A DNA stretch of 63,662 bases, the filler included, from Octopus bimaculoides (Eukaryota): assembly GCF_001194135.2 (NCBI RefSeq). It is 8 parts of 7 records of this genome, joined end to end, with 100 filler letters (N's around TTAATTAATTAA, not from the genome) between each part and the next. Parts side by side here need not be neighbours in the genome. Positions count along the whole stretch, not along the records: positions 25,743 to 45,841 come from NC_068985.1; 7 more parts are not named here. The stretch is one strand, 5' to 3'. The position numbers were made by a program, and so were the translations under genes. Each line of letters opens with the position of its first letter. The stretch's first letter is position 1. Below are positions 26,013 through 39,340 of the stretch, one piece after another. Below the pieces are notes generated by a model. The model ran no database searches and was not told the DNA's origin. It saw nothing but the letters and a program-made list of their open reading frames with translations.

Positions 26013-26455
26013 TACCACAGATTTGCTTGTCAGTTGTTTGACTTTAACCAGTTGAGCATGTCTTTTAGTGGCTGACAATATGTGCTTCTCTGAGGTAGTC
26101 GGGGAGCATCATAGTCATGTGTTGAGAGGAATTCTTTGAGGTTTGGATAATTCACCTCTGGAAACATGGGTGTTTTGTTCAACATCCTTAAACAACCTTT
26201 ATTCAGGGACCTTTTGAGCAGGATGAGCTACTCGACTTGAAGAAAATTCTAACTGGGCCCTACCTGCAAGGTCATGCGCTGTTAATCTTGATATGAGATC
26301 ACTATGTCGCGCACATATGGTTGTGATGCATGTACCTGGTGTACCCTAATCAGATGGGTAATCATGATGGGTATACTAAGGCCCGTATATTTTACCCCAG
26401 TGTCACTTTGCTGCATGCCCTGCTCTCTCACTCAATAATAATAATAATAATAATA
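26013..26455 (+). mobile_element. Interspersed retroelement 3' end with (TAA)n tail
   Basis: Forward copy of the element at 21410-21885; ends CTCTCACTCAATAATAATAAT. Confidence 0.7.
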
Positions 26456-27059
26456 ATTTAATATGTTGTTTTACTCTTACCTCAATAGAGGTAAAATCAT
26501 TGATGCAACAGCACTGAGAGTCGATTGAATGGGATTTGAAAAACAATTTTTATGTAATGGGAGTGGGTAAGGATGGTGTAATCATTGTCGTACATCTATC
26601 CTCGTTTATCACGTTGGTAACTGAATCACCTCTACGCACTTTTAGTCGCCTGGGTATTGGAGAATCAGTGCTCTTTGTTAAATAGAACGAATGGCCCACA
26701 GTAGTGCTATTGTCACTTATTTTCTTGATCATTTCTACTTTTCCCTGTAGAGAATACATTTACCTGTCATTTGTTAGGATCAGACACTTTTGTATTTTTT
26801 TTAGTCACTGGTTCCATATTGATGGGTACGAGTACGTAAATTCACATAAAAAGCATGCAGCCTTGCAGCACGGTTACATAAACATAAGCTATCGTCAGTG
26901 CATTGTGGGTAATCGTTGGATGCGTTTTGCTATCCGAGCAAACTTCTTGATTGATTGCCGATCTGTATTATCACTGATCAATCCATGATAAGAGTAACAT
27001 AGTTCACAATTGTGTGTACCATGTTATCCTGGAACAGTGGTGAATGAATCAGAGATAAA

Positions 27060-27320
27060 TTAAGCTACATGTATATTGTCGAAAATTTCCCATGGCAAAT
27101 ACAATAAAGGCCAATGGTATGTAGATCACTGGATGCTCGGAACAAACAAAAGTCATTGTGGCAAATACTGTATGACAGAAGTTCCTGATAATGGGTTCTT
27201 CCATCCTACCTCTGAATAGGACATTAGCTTCATCTCTTACGCATACAATGTTGTTCTCTAATGATGTGAATGCACAAAACACAGACAATATATGGACGCA
27301 AGATGAAAAATATTTTCCAC
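27060..27320 (+). mobile_element. Possible Merlin / IS1595-like DDE transposase relic
   Basis: Broken frames LSKISHGKYNKGQWYVDHWMLGTNKSHCGKYCMTEVPDN and DVNAQNTDNIW echo the Merlin motifs KFGxRKYNRGRxVxGxWVxGxxERxxGxxxxxxVPDR and HTQxIExxW. Confidence 0.35.
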
Positions 27321-28201
27321 CTCCTACCATGAATTTTTGTGGAGGACAGGAAAAGAGAAATGTTGTTACTGAATAACTTCAAAAATTTAGGAGACAAACA
27401 AGTGTTTCCTAAACTCATTAGAAAGTCAATCTCTAAGGATTCTATAGTATTAACATGTAACTGCAAGGATATCATCATCATCATCATCATCATTTAACGT
27501 CCGTTTTCCATGCTGGCATGGGTTGGAAGGTTTGATATGTAGCTGGGGAGCTGTCCGGACTCCAGTTGTCTGTTGTGGCATGGTTTCTATGGCTGGTTCC
27601 CCTTCTTAATGCCAACCGCTAAACAGAGTGCACTGGATGCTTTTTGTGTGCCACCGACTTGGGTGTGTTAATGCAGCACCAGTACAGGTGCTTTTTCTGT
27701 GACACCAGCACCTGAAAGGACACACCTGTATGCATGGAAGACAGCAATTTTACTTAGCTTGATGTGTTTTTTCAAGTACAGCAAATTGTCACATCTGCTG
27801 ATCCCTTGTCATTTCCTCAGTGAGGGCCAGCATCCATAGATCCTTTCTCACCACTTCATTCCATGTCTTCCTGGGTCTACTCCTTCCACAGATTCCTCAC
27901 ACAATTAGAGCTTAACACTTCTTTATGCAGCTGTTCTCTGTTTAAGAAAATTCTGTGCGGCACCTCGGGCTACTATAGTCTCAGGTCGACCAAAGCCTTG
28001 TGAGTGAATTTGGTAGACAGAAACCTGTTGTATATATGTGTGTGTTTTTTTGTGTTTGTCTGCCTACCATCGCTTAACAACCAATGTTGGTGTGTTTATG
28101 TCCCCGTAACTTAGCAGTTCAGCAAAATATGCAGCCTTTAAATTTTTTCTTCACTCCTGGAAGAATGCATTAATTATTTCAGCCTGGCTGTGTTTGTTGA
28201 C

Positions 28202-28330
28202 AGTTGGTGGTTTTACTCGAAGGAGATACTTGCGAAGTGTTGTATTACTCTTGAATACTGTCCTGGTGTCATATGGGCCGCATATCTTTTGTATCTTTTC
28301 GGAGAGGCCTTTCACATAGGGTAGACAGAC
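28202..28330 (-). mobile_element. Penelope-like element, RT-to-endonuclease linker, inverted relative to its continuation
   Basis: Minus strand encodes VCLPYVKGLSEKIQKICGPYDTRTVFKSNTTLRKYLLRVKPPT, the standard PLE linker (LPY.KG.SE). Confidence 0.85.
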
Positions 28331-28700
28331 GAGAATATGACCAAAAACTGTGTGTACTCCATCCCATGCAGCTGTGGTAATTTATACAAAAGCGAAACAT
28401 GTCGTCCCCTCAAAATAAGGGTAGAGGAACATCACAAAGCTGTGACACGAGGAGATATTGATAAATCGGGTATAGATGATCATGTATGGAAAAATGGAGA
28501 CCACCTCCCCCTGTGGGATGAAGCTAAAATAATAGATAGAGAACACCACTGGAAAATACGAAAACTGAAAGAAGCAGCACATATGCTAGGATGCAACAAC
28601 TTCCTAAGCAGACCAAGTGCAGATATGAATAGCATATGGGAACTGGTATTAAGGAAGGATAGGAAAATATTAGATTTATAAGTCCTAAAAATTCACTCCA
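28331..28700 (+). mobile_element. Penelope-like element, GIY-YIG endonuclease
   Basis: ENMTKNCVYSIPCSCGNLYKSETCRPLKIRVEEHHKAV...SGIDDHVW...KIIDREHHWKIRKLKEAAHM has the GIY-YIG layout (VYxIxCxCxxxYxGET..R..EH). Confidence 0.9.
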
Positions 28701-29527
28701 TAATTGCCCACGGGCATATGGCACAGTGGTTAAAAGTGTGGGCTACTAACCCCAAGATTCCGAGTTTGATTCCAAGTAGTGACCTGAATAATAACAATAA
28801 CAACATCGAAAAATACCTTATGAATGAGAACCTGGAGGGTATATCAGCTGAAACGTTGTGTTAACGACAAACAAGATGAGGACAAATATCTGTCAATTGT
28901 AAATAATATGCTATTACCAATTATCACCTTGCTGACTTTTATTTTTTTAGTTTTTCAGCACAGTTACAGAGAAGGTAATACATTGAGTAGTTTTATTCAT
29001 TTTATTTTTCTCTAGATTCTCACATAATGTTTTTGTATATTGTTAGTATTTGACAAGGTGAGAGAGAAAATTTGATATGTGGTTTCATAGATAAACATGA
29101 GAGCACTTGACACTTGACATTGCAGCAGTTGATTATGTAATGTATGTTTTTAGAAACAATGGGTGTTATCTGCTATACTAATAATTATGTCTCTTTTTAA
29201 GTTCTCTAGTAGTATTTATGTCTTTGTCACTCAGTATGTGTGCATGTGTGTATACATATATGTATATATTGAGAAAAAAGGTCACCAGAATTGTGGAAAA
29301 AAATCTTTTTATTTATTCATTATTATTAGTGCTTTCGAGAGGGCTAATAATAATGAATGAATAGATTTTTTCCCAAAATTCTGGCAACCTTTTTTTCTCA
29401 ATATTCAATATCTGTACACCACACCTAGCACTCTACACACACACATACATACATACACACACATATCAAAAGGATGTGGTATAATACTATTCCGCATATA
29501 CAAAAACAGCCATACCAACAATCCAAT

Positions 29528-29647
29528 GTGACTAAAACACAACCGGGACCCTAAGTAAGGCATGTGTAAAATTTGAATGAAATTGGTTGTGTAGTTCTCA
29601 AGTTTTAAGGATTCACACAGACACACATTCTCATTTTTATATATAGA
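29528..29647 (-). mobile_element. Truncated second copy of the Helitron-like non-autonomous element
   Basis: Reverse complement of 25329-25452 (TCTATATATAAAAATGAGAATGTGTGTCTGTG...AACTACACAACCAATTTCATTCAAATTTTACACATG). Confidence 0.65.
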
Positions 29648-30019
29648 GAGATTACACCACATATATGGTAAATTATCAGAGGCTGCTGTAGAGTGGAGAG
29701 TGCTTTACAACATTTATTTCAGCTCTCTACAAGTTCAAATCTGTTAGGATCAATTATCCTTTTCATTCTTTCAGGGTTGACAAATTAAATACCAGTCAAA
29801 TATCCTGTCTTTTAGAATTGGCCATGTTGAACTATGAGGGAAGTTGTGGAGGCACTACTTACAGTGTCATCCTCTCTAGAAATGGAGAAGGGTTGTATGA
29901 AGGGGTTCACAAATTCTCATAGGTAAACTGATACCTAACTGGAACTATACAGAGATGGCTTAACTATGCCACACAGCATAGAACAGGAATATATGTGTAT
30001 GTGTGTGTGTATCATCATC

Positions 30020-31905
30020 AGTATCATCATTTAGTACCTGTTTTTCATGCAGGCGTGGGTTGGACAGGTTGACAAGAACTAGCAATATTGGGAGCTATAC
30101 ATGGTCCCACTGTCTGTTTTGGCATGGTTTCTACAGCTGAATGCCCTTCTTAGTGCCCACCACCTTATAAAGGGTACCGGGTGCTTTTTATGTGGCACCA
30201 GCACCAGTGCTTTTTACATGGCACCATCACTGATAGGGCTATCAAGTACCTTGCAAGACAAATATATATATATATATACACACATATATATATAAATGAT
30301 TGAGACCTTTGGCAGTTTGCTGTGCTTGAGAGGACTTATCAGCCCAAGTGAAACCATAGTCATGGACAATACCATTGACATGTAAAAGGCATCCACTACA
30401 CTCTTGGAGTGGTTGGCGTTAAGAAGGGCATGCAGCCATAGAAACCAAGCCAAAATCAAAACTGGAGCCTAGTACAGCTCTCTGGCTTACCAGTTCCAGT
30501 CAAACTAACTCAGGCCAGCATGGAGGAAAGTGAACATTAAATAATGATGATGATATATACAGGGTTTGCCAAAAGTCACCCAACAGTAAATCAAAATTCC
30601 ATAAATACTATTTGTAATTCTGTAGTGACTCGAAAGGAAAAATGCGTCGCTCAAGGAGGACTTCAATTTGAACAATTTTCATGATGCTTCATATTTAGAT
30701 GCTTTTGTTAAATCCATTCAGTTGTTAAACATAAATAAATCTTGGAGTTAAATGGTTTTGGTTTACTGTCAGGTAACTTTTGGCCAATCCTGTATTAATG
30801 TATGAATACATACATATGAATGCATACATATATATACATAAAGGCCTCTCCCTCAGAGTGAAAAGCAGATTGTATGATGCCTGTGAGTGAACAACCATGT
30901 TACACGACAGTGAAACATGGACTGTGATAGCCAAGGACATACATAGGCTTGAAAGAAATGAAGTTAGTATGCTTTGCTGGATAGGCAATGTCAGTGTGCA
31001 TGTATGAAAGAAAAGTTGGGCATAAGAAGCATGATCTTTGAACTTTGGGCCTCATAGAGGCAATGATTAATGACCAAGACCTTTATAGATATGCTGTGCT
31101 TGAGAAGACTCGTCAAGCCAATGGCACTTGTGTGGGTGGCACATAAAAAGCAACTTTGAGTGTTGGGCCTCACAGAGGCAATGACAAATGACTGAGATCT
31201 TTGGCATTATGCCTTGCTTGAGAAGACCCATCAAGCCAAGTAAAACCATAGTCATGACAGATATTGGTTCATGCAAATGGCATCCGTACCGGAGGCATGT
31301 AAAAGCACCCATTACACTCTTGGAGTGGTTGGCATTAGGAAGGGAATCCAGCCATAGAAACCTTGCCAAATCAGACTGGAGTCTGGTGCAGCCTTCCAGC
31401 TGGCCAGCCCTGCTAAAACTGTCCAACCCATGCCAGCATGGACAACAGATACTAAATGATGATGATAATGCACACACACATATAAGTTTGATAAATACAA
31501 GACATATTAATTTGAATGATATTTTCTGTATCTAAATATGCTGACGTAACAGACATGATTGTCAGCTTTGTATGGTGAATTCAACAATTAAAAATATGAA
31601 TTTCTCTATCTGTAATTTTGTTGTCTAATACACTAAATTTCTCAAAATTTTTCTAAATGATATTTGGATCTACTTGTCATACATGAAGAATTACCTTGGA
31701 TGTGTTTTCTACCTGCATTTATTGGTGTTTGATTGTTTGATATAGTTAACCCAATTCATTTAAAAATTAGTGCTTTATCTGCCTGGATTTTTTAATCCCG
31801 TTTGTTCTTATATATATCATCATCATTTAATGTCTGTTGTCCATTCTGGGATGGGCTGGATGGCTTGACTGAGCTGGCATGCAGGAAGGCTGCGCCAGGC
31901 TCCGG

Positions 31906-31951
<46 letters not shown>

Positions 31952-32330
31952 TCGAAACTGAACCAAATTTGATGACTGGCACCCATGCCAGTGGAGCGCT
32001 AACACCATTTGAGTGCGATCGTTTCCAGCTTTGCCTTACTGGCACTTGTGCCGGTGGCATGTGAACAAAACATTGGACTGACTCCTGTGCAGGTGGCATG
32101 TAAAAAACACCATTTGAGCGTGGCCGTTGCCAGCACCACCTGACTGGCCCTCGTGTTGGTGGCATGTAAAAAGCACCCACTACACTCTCGGAGTGGTTGG
32201 CATTAGGAAGGGCATCCAGCTGTAGAAACTGCCAGATCAGATTGGAGTTTGGTGTAGCCATCTGGTTCGCCAGTCCCCAGTCAAATCGTCCAACCCATGC
32301 TAGCATGGAAAGCGGACGTTAAATGATGAT
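30020..32330. mobile_element. Dense cluster of RTE-tail SINE/LINE fragments in both orientations
   Basis: Multiple AGGAAGGGCAT(C/G)CAGC and CCCATGC(T/C)AGCATGG motifs. An RTE ORF relic at 30840-31010 reads LSLRVKSRLYDAC...MLHDSETWTVIAKDIHRLERNEVSML. Confidence 0.75.
30560..30792. mobile_element. Tc1/mariner-type MITE (233 bp)
   Basis: TA-flanked ~37-bp TIRs: CAGGGTTTGCCAAAAGTCACCCAACAGTAAATCAAAA versus the reverse complement of TTTTGGTTTACTGTCAGGTAACTTTTGGCCAATCCTG. Confidence 0.88.
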
Positions 32331-32783
32331 ATATATACATACACATATACATATATAAAGTAAAGAAAAGAATAAAGTAAACTGTATAATTTTTCCATTT
32401 CAAATAAAATAAAAACAAAAATTAACCAATTTTATTTCATATTAACATATTTATTATTTGACATTATTTAACACAGGTATTTATATTGTTTTTTGATGAA
32501 AATGAACAAAATCTCAGTTCACCATTGAGAGAAAAAAAAACAACAAAACAAAACAAAACAACAGAGCGATTAGAATTTTAAACAGTAATTTAACATGTTT
32601 CGTTAAAGATGTGCACAGATACAGTCAATGGAAAATACACAAGATTTTTAGATATATCACAGTTGGTTCAGGTTGCTAAAACAATAAAGATAATATAAAA
32701 TATGAAGGAGGAAATTATGATATTAGAAACCTGGAATAATTCAATTGTGTGTGTATATTACATATACGCATACATACACACAC

Positions 32784-32824
<41 letters not shown>

Positions 32825-34324
32825 NNNNNNNNNNNNNNNNNNNNNNNNNNNNNNNNNNNNNNNNNNNNNNNNNNNNNNNNNNNNNNNNNNNNNNNNNNNN
32901 NNNNNNNNNNNNNNNNNNNNNNNNNNNNNNNNNNNNNNNNNNNNNNNNNNNNNNNNNNNNNNNNNNNNNNNNNNNNNNNNNNNNNNNNNNNNNNNNNNNN
33001 NNNNNNNNTTTTTTTTTTTTTTTTTTTTTTTTTTTTTCACTGTTTGATCTGTTAAAAATAATTTGAAAATATTTTTGAAAAAAAAAAAGTCTTCCATTTA
33101 AATGTATACTTTGCAAGTTTAACAATCGGCAATATACAAAGACATAACATATTTGTTAGCAGATAAGACACTTTTTAACCAAAAAATGTTTAAAAAGAAA
33201 TTTTTTAAAATAGGAAAAAAAAAAACAAAAAAAAAAACACACCCTGGGTCCTAAATGTGAAGTTGGGCCAATGATACATGCTTTAAGGTACTAAAAACTT
33301 TTTCCCTTGAATATGCGCTGCTGAAATTAAGGTGCATCTAATATGCCTGTGTGTCTTTTATGCCATTCAAATATGATGTTAACAGATTTTATTAATCTAC
33401 TGCAAGTAATTTTCTTGCGATATCTGTATATTTGAAAGATCTTTGTCAAAACCTTAAAAATATGTTTCCAAACAAGATTTGAAAATAACATTATTGAATA
33501 TTTTCCTTTATAACACTTGAACACTTTGTATTCTGCCATGACTATATCTATCTATTATGATTTTGTCTGGACACAGCAATACTAATAACCAGTTGTTAGA
33601 ACTATATATATATGCTTTAGAGTGAAGCGTTAGGCAAGTACAAAGTGTAATATTATGAATGACAAGAGAACAGGAGTCATGTAATCCCCTTCATTAGCTT
33701 ACAGCCGTTTCTGCTTTCAAAAGTAGTGCACACAGAGCTGAATGTTTGTGCAACACCCTGTAGCTTCCTATAGCTATAAGCTAATTTACCTATAAAATTC
33801 AGAACTGGAATTGTAAGTTATGTTTCATTTACGAATACACCTATGTAACAAAAAAAAACAAAAAACAATCATAAATAGAAACATTAGAAAACTTAGAAAG
33901 TTTACAGTGCTTTTGCCTACCTCCATACTTTGAACTATTTAGAACACCTGTATATCACGAGTTGATACCTATTCTCCACAACTAGGGGATCTAGGAGAAG
34001 ATTAACAAAGGAGAAAGGGCTAACAAAACACCAGAAGTGGATACAAACTTTGGAGTCATGGTCCTTTCTATACGTCATTGTCTTAATTAGCTGCTCATTA
34101 AGATATCTGAATAAGGCACTTGGTTTTCAATTTTTCAGTTTATTTTAATCACATTTGTTTTCCCAAAATCTGAACAAATAGCTATTAAAAATGCTAAATG
34201 AGAACATGATATTTAAACCAACATTGTCTTCGTGGTACAATCAGTAATATATTCAGCTGTTAGCCAGAAGAAATGGTAGTTCTTGCCCGACCAGGGTTGT
34301 TAATTGTTTATATATTATAGATGA

Positions 34325-34660
34325 AAAATTAGCTGTATGGTTAAGAAATTCACTTCCCAACCACATAATTTTGGGCTGAATCCCACTGTATAGAATCTTA
34401 GGTATCTTCTATTATAACCCTGAACAAAACCTTATGAGTTAATTTAGTGTACAGAAACTGAAAGAAGCTTGTGTGCATGTAAGTGTGTTTTGGCCCAAGT
34501 CAGTGGTCTTTCCCTTGGATAACATTATTGGCATGGAGAGGGGTGACTTACATGTATGGGCAACTGATAGGCTTCCTAATGATATCTTGCCCAGGTCTGC
34601 ACATATACTTGCAAAAGACTGATCTGCCTTGACTGACAGTGACACCCACTAGACAAATAA
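34325..34660 (+). mobile_element. tRNA/CORE-type SINE copy
   Basis: TGGTTAAGAA...GGGCTGAATCCCACTG head; its tail resembles the reverse complement of 47214-47370. Confidence 0.55.
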
Positions 34661-35164
34661 CTGCATCTTTCATCTACAAAGTTTTTCACTAATATTTTTT
34701 TTTCTACAAAGACAGACTTGAAGCTGTGAGATAATGCATGATTAATTCAAAACAATGTGAACAAATAAGCATTACATTTGATGTTCTTCTCAATATTTAC
34801 TTGATGTCTGTAATTAAGCCAGCAGTTATTAATTGTTCTGTTGATATTTAATAACTAAACACAAAATGGCAAAACAGGATTATGCTTATTCCTAATTGAA
34901 ATTTAAAATTTTTTATCAATTATAAGAATTTAGCAAGCTCAAGAGAAGTTTCCTTTAAATGCTTAATTAAATTAGAGAAATCCTAGCTTGTTTTCACCTT
35001 TGCAAAAAATCTTATATGAACTGAATTTTAGAACAATAGCAAACAAAGGAAAGATATTTTGATAGAAACAATAGATGCACTTTCTACTACAAAATATAAA
35101 ATAGCACCAGAATTTGATTCGAAAACAGTAAAACATTTCCATGTTTCTCCTGCATATCAATCAC

Positions 35165-35198
<34 letters not shown>

Positions 35199-38100
35199 NN
35201 NNNNNNNNNNNNNNNNNNNNNNNNNNNNNNNNNNNNNNNNNNNNNNNNNNNNNNNNNNNNNNNNNNNNNNNNNNNNNNNNNNNNNNNNNNNNNNNNNNNN
35301 NNNNNNNNNNNNNNNNNNNNNNNNNNNNNNNNNNNNNNNNNNNNNNNNNNNNNNNNNNNNNNNNNNNNNNNNNNNNNNNNNNNNNNNNNNNNNNNNNNNN
35401 NNNNNNNNNNNNNNNNNNNNNNNNNNNNNNNNNNNNNNNNNNNNNNNNNNNNNNNNNNNNNNNNNNNNNNNNNNNNNNNNNNNNNNNNNNNNNNNNNNNN
35501 NNNNNNNNNNNNNNNNNNNNNNNNNNNNNNNNNNNNNNNNNNNNNNNNNNNNNNNNNNNNNNNNNNNNNNNNNNNNNNNNNNNNNNNNNNNNNNNNNNNN
35601 NNNNNNNNNNNNNNNNNNNNNNNNNNNNNNNNNNNNNNNNNNNNNNNNNNNNNNNNNNNNNNNNNNNNNNNNNNNNNNNNNNNNNNNNNNNNNNNNNNNN
35701 NNNNNNNNNNNNNNNNNNNNNNNNNNNNNNNNNNNNNNNNNNNNNNNNNNNNNNNNNNNNNNNNNNNNNNNNNNNNNNNNNNNNNNNNNNNNNNNNNNNN
35801 NNNNNNNNNNNNNNNNNNNNNNNNNNNNNNNNNNNNNNNNNNNNNNNNNNNNNNNNNNNNNNNNNNNNNNNNNNNNNNNNNNNNNNNNNNNNNNNNNNNN
35901 NNNNNNNNNNNNNNNNNNNNNNNNNNNNNNNNNNNNAAAAAAAAAAAAAAAAAAAAAAGCTACTACTATTCATGCATACACAGACACACACACACGCATG
36001 CAAACATGATTTGTATATAAAAAGATATTCAGAAAAAAAATATCAATATATGTTTTTGTGATCCAAAACTAGTTGACAGTTAATAGCAATTCAAGTTGTA
36101 ATAAAATATCGAAAGATTGAAAAAGAAATGTCACAAGCATGAATTTAGAATACAATTGATATTGAAGATAGACACAAAAATAAATATTATTTCAATGACA
36201 TATGTTGTATAACAATTGCAGTTATTTAATATTATTAAAGCTTCTTATATATTTAAAATGTTTTTTTTAAAAAAAACTTAGGCTTCATAACCAGCGTTTG
36301 GATAAGGCACAATATCTACATATCTCGACGAGATGAAATGTTAGAATTAAGCGTATAAAATTCTAGAGAATAAGAACCTAGCATTTCATGTGTAAGAAAA
36401 ATATATGTACCAATTGACTTTTGTCAAGACTCATTCAAATTATTTGATTTAGTTCACAGTCTGATTTACTTTTATATTCACAGGATATCTATAGACGTCT
36501 TTTTTTTTTCTTTACAAATAAAATTTCACAAAGCAACTGTTATGGTTACTTATCAGCACCAGTTTTATAAATCATTACACACACACATATATACACACTT
36601 TTTGACTATTTTTTTAATTATATATTCTTTTTAAATGACCATAATATTAAATGTTGAAATTCATTTATATAACTTTTTTTTTTAAACATAGATTAATGTA
36701 AAAGATGACTTTAAAAAGAAGGCAAAAAAAAAATAAAAAAGGATTCACAAAACTAAGCATTCCAACCACAAGAATTAAAAGTAAAAATGCAGATAATGTA
36801 TGAAATGTGCACTCAGTTATTTGATTTGGTAACTGATAACAAATCTTAAAAATATATTTCCAATTTGATGTTCATTTGCAATAATTAATTTCAAACTTTA
36901 TAGAAATGAGAATATATTTTAATATCTCAGCATTTCTTCACAAAAAAAAAAAAAANNNNNNNNNNNNNNNNNNNNNNNNNNNNNNNNNNNNNNNNNNNNN
37001 NNNNNNNNNNNNNNNNNNNNNNNNNNNNNNNNNNNNNNNNNNNNNNNNNNNNNNNNNNNNNNNNNNNNNNNNNNNNNNNNNNNNNNNNNNNNNNNNNNNN
37101 NNNNNNNNNNNNNNNNNNNNNNNNNNNNNNNNNNNNNNNNNNNNNNNNNNNNNNNNNNNNNNNNNNNNNNNNNNNNNNNNNNNNNNNNNNNNNNNNNNNN
37201 NNNNNNNNNNNNNNNNNNNNNNNNNNNNNNNNNNNNNNNNNNNNNNNNNNNNNNNNNNNNNNNNNNNNNNNNNNNNNNNNNNNNNNNNNNNNNNNNNNNN
37301 NNNNNNNNNNNNNNNNNNNNNNNNNNNNNNNNNNNNNNNNNNNNNNNNNNNNNNNNNNNNNNNNNNNNNNNNNNNNNNNNNNNNNNNNNNNNNNNNNNNN
37401 NNNNNNNNNNNNNNNNNNNNNNNNNAAATTACTTGGAAAATGAAGGAAATATTTTTATGAATTTAACACAAGTAAATTAAATCTATAGAGTTGACAAGGG
37501 TTGGCTATAAACTTGAGCACTGGTAATAAATGAAGTTTTTAAATAGCCTTAATGAAAATTCAATAATATATATTTTTTTAATAAATTTCACATGAATTGA
37601 TGATGTGGAAGAAAATGGAAACTTTTACACTTTTCTTAAGGACAGTAGCACCACCATAAGTCGGAAAAAAAAAAAATCACAAAGCTTAAGTCATGAACTT
37701 CATTAAAAAGAACTAATTCCTACACTATTAGTCCATTTTGTAACCACTTCAATTTCAGACTAGAAGCTAATTAATTTATCATAATCAACTGGAATGGAAC
37801 CAAGTCTCTTTTCTTTATCTTAATACATAAAAATATTCCTAATATATATATATATACACACACGCACATGAGGGAGTGGACAAATGAAAGAAAACGACAT
37901 TCGACATAGGAGTTACATATATTATCATATAAAACAGTTTGATTTAGCTCCATGCAAATAATATATATGCCAACAAACTATGTGTGTAATAACAAAAAAT
38001 ATAGACATATATATATATCTTAACAGTAAGTCATTAAATTTAGGTCTGCAAAATTACTGTCAAGTTATTAAGTAATATTCAATGTACTAAGTTCTCCAAA

Positions 38101-39098
38101 AAAAGTTTCTTTTTCTTCTTCCATATACAAGATCCAGATTCAAATGAATTTAGATAACCATCTTCACAATGCAACAGAATATATGACATTATGTCTTGAA
38201 CATACTGAGCAATTATTGGTTCAAGAACCACATATCTGGTTCCATTCTTCAGGTACTCAATGGTAAACAGTGTATTCACACTATCAGATATCCACAAGTA
38301 GAGAATTACACAGATTTCAAATTAAAACAATTCAATGGTTATTGTTATCATACTCCCCAAAAGAACCAGCCAGCAGTTGGTACTTTGTAGTCAAATATGC
38401 TTGTGATTTTTTTTTAATTGTAAACTCATGTGATATGGAAGCAAAGAAAAATAAAAAAAAAATAAAACAATGAAATTCTGCAATGAAATATTTCTAATAT
38501 CACAATTTAGTTTCTTCCACTAAATATTTTGAGGATTTATAATTACCTTTTATCTTTAACATGAAGGCTAAATCTTGGATTTTAAAACAGATTTAAAAAA
38601 AAAAAGTATATTAACTTAGCCATCATTCCTTTTACATCGTTTTGTAGAAATTCAACTTTTTCATTTAAATTAGATTTAAAAACAAAACAGACACACGCAC
38701 ACATATACATAAGTATGTATATGTTCTCAGACACATAAACAAACAAATTAACAGTCATGCATACATGCATATGTTATAACTGCATATCACTTGAAGAATA
38801 GGAAGCATGCAACCTATTTCGAATTTGTTAGACACTTTCTGATCCAGTATAAATCATTTGAAATAAATTTATAATGAAATATAATCCATACAACTGAGCA
38901 CATTTCTTATAAGTTGCATGGTATCAAATAAACACTTTTTTTAGTGCAATATGAAGTCTTTTTTATGAAAGAAATGTTGAAATTTTGGTAATGAAATTTT
39001 AGATAAAAATATCAATAAATGTCTGGTAAAAAGTATTTTAAGACCTGTTTCAAACAGGGTTTAGCTTCCGATTAGAAAATAGCAACAGAAGATCAAGG

Positions 39099-39340
39099 TC
39101 ATATTGTCATAATTTCATAAAGAAGCGGATTTTCTCTAAAAACAGCCCATTCCACCTTCATTGAATGTATGAGCTTAACATTCCATTCCGTAAGAGTTCG
39201 CAATGACATAAGACGATCAAAGATCTTTGCAAGGCGTTGTTTACTTGTAGGATCTCTTTGAGTCAAAAAGTAATCGAGACAATTGACTAATTTCAGCTGA
39301 ATTTCTTCAACTTTCTTTGGTTCCTCAAGAGTGCATCTAT
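39099..39340 (-). CDS. Nuclear receptor (NR1-like), last coding exon: LBD helices 9-12
   Basis: TTTTACAG acceptor, phase 1. (D)RCTLEEPKKVEEIQLKLVNCL...RLAKIFDRLMSLRTLTEWN...ENPLLYEIMTI* ends with an AF-2 motif (PLLYEI) and TGA at 39101-39099. Confidence 0.93.

Noticed and set aside
38079-38297. 72-aa minus-strand ORF downstream of the nuclear receptor stop
   Set aside because: No homology recognised and no convincing splice sites; consistent with a chance ORF in an AT-rich UTR.
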